A DNA stretch of 64,000 nucleotides from Alphaproteobacteria bacterium UBA1002. GTDB lineage: Bacteria; Pseudomonadota; Alphaproteobacteria; Rickettsiales; UBA998. The notes under the pieces were generated by a model that did no database searches, was not told the origin of the DNA, and worked only from the letters and a program-made list of their open reading frames with translations. Within the stretch, counting starts at the first letter, position 1. The number at the start of each line of letters is the position of its first letter. The stretch covers positions 24,030-88,029 of the forward strand of contig DBAU01000110.1 in assembly GCA_002291845.1 (NCBI GenBank), given 5' to 3'. Positions 63,438-64,000 of the stretch are shown here, piece after piece. Both the position numbers and the translations under genes were made by a program.

Positions 63438-64000
63438 TTAATCATCATCAAAATTATTATTACCCTCGTCACCGTGTGCGTCATTGGAATGCGCAAAGTC
63501 GCTATCGGACCAGCGCTTAGTTTCAAAAAACAACATGCGGATGGAAGCAAAAAACGGATAAACAATCAGCAACCAAAAAGTGAGCAGGATGTTGGACACA
63601 GAAGAAACATCTCGCGTTACGCTGATTGAGAAGGTGACGGGAGCCCCATTTTGGAAAGCCCCCCACTCAGCATCGATCAGCAGTCGATAAGAGCCAGGGG
63701 GGACCCGGGAGAGAGTGGTCGTGTCGAATTGGGCGCCTTCATGCCAGCTTTCACCCCCCGCATATCCCGAATAATACTCAATGGCATGCTGAAAATTATA
63801 TGCTTCATGGGTTTGCTCATTCACCAGTGATAAGCCGAGCTCTACCCAGTCATTCTGCACCGGTGAAGCGCTTTGGATAAGCACATTGCCTGCCTCAGGC
63901 AACTGAAAGGCAGCGGAGCTAAATGTTTGCCCTTTTTGGTAGGGCTGAATATACCCTTGAGTGGAGTAAACATGTGCATTTTCTGCCATAAAAGCCATTA
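63438..64000 (-). CDS. Hypothetical protein with C-terminal TM anchor (possibly DUF4178-related); 5' end may lie outside the window
   Basis: The ORF reaches the window edge. A beta-rich domain (PGSYRLLIDAEWGAF) is followed by the TM segment ILLTFWLLIVYPFFASI and an acidic tail. The family assignment was not verified. Confidence 0.45.
   Translation of the reverse strand, partial: MAFMAENAHVYSTQGYIQPYQKGQTFSSAAFQLPEAGNVLIQSASPVQNDWVELGLSLVNEQTHEAYNFQHAIEYYSGYAGGESWHEGAQFDTTTLSRVPPGSYRLLIDAEWGAFQNGAPVTFSISVTRDVSSVSNILLTFWLLIVYPFFASIRMLFFETKRWSDSDFAHSNDAHGDEGNNNFDDD

Overview
This looks like a 64 kb alphaproteobacterial chromosome segment. The evidence is the alpha-restricted DUF1013/TrcR-like and DUF1192-like genes and the ybgC-tolQRAB-pal-cpoB-tilS-ftsH synteny. 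A Rhodospirillales/Acetobacteraceae-like origin is only an impression. Positions 1-40 kb are dense housekeeping genes: phaC 3' end, argC, rplM-rpsI, phoR-pstCAB, hldE, rpmE, thiD, glmM, ftsH, tilS, the tol-pal cluster, ruvCAB, a yebC-family gene, manC plus PMM/PGM, and mreCD-mrdA-rodA.

Positions 40-50 kb hold the most interesting locus. A minus-strand operon encodes a LapG-like periplasmic BTLCP cysteine protease, TpsB, a 1266-aa TpsA adhesin and SapC. It faces a divergently transcribed 2-TM receptor (large periplasmic domain, PAS, catalytically degenerate HD-GYP). The only two Cys of the mature TpsA and two LSPAAGG repeats sit in its C-terminal tail, and these repeats match the known LapG cleavage consensus. 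I propose a Lap-like, c-di-GMP-gated proteolytic release circuit rewired onto type Vb secretion. This is inference, not shown by the sequence.

Positions 50-53 kb carry tRNA-Thr, an SDR, an orphan large type IV-like pilin with candidate regulatory sites, cutA and tRNA-Gln. Downstream of tRNA-Gln the sequence looks lower in G+C and mosaic. It contains a short-repeat array, serine-recombinase and UvrD-helicase gene fragments, an orphan 473-aa protein and a CPBP protease. A long minus-strand envelope polyamine operon runs to the window edge: membrane-fused SpeE, a pyruvoyl AdoMetDC, a Tat-exported FAD amine-oxidase-like protein, a DUF350-like protein, an outer-membrane barrel and three unannotated small ORFs. 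No CRISPR array, rRNA or intact transposase was seen.
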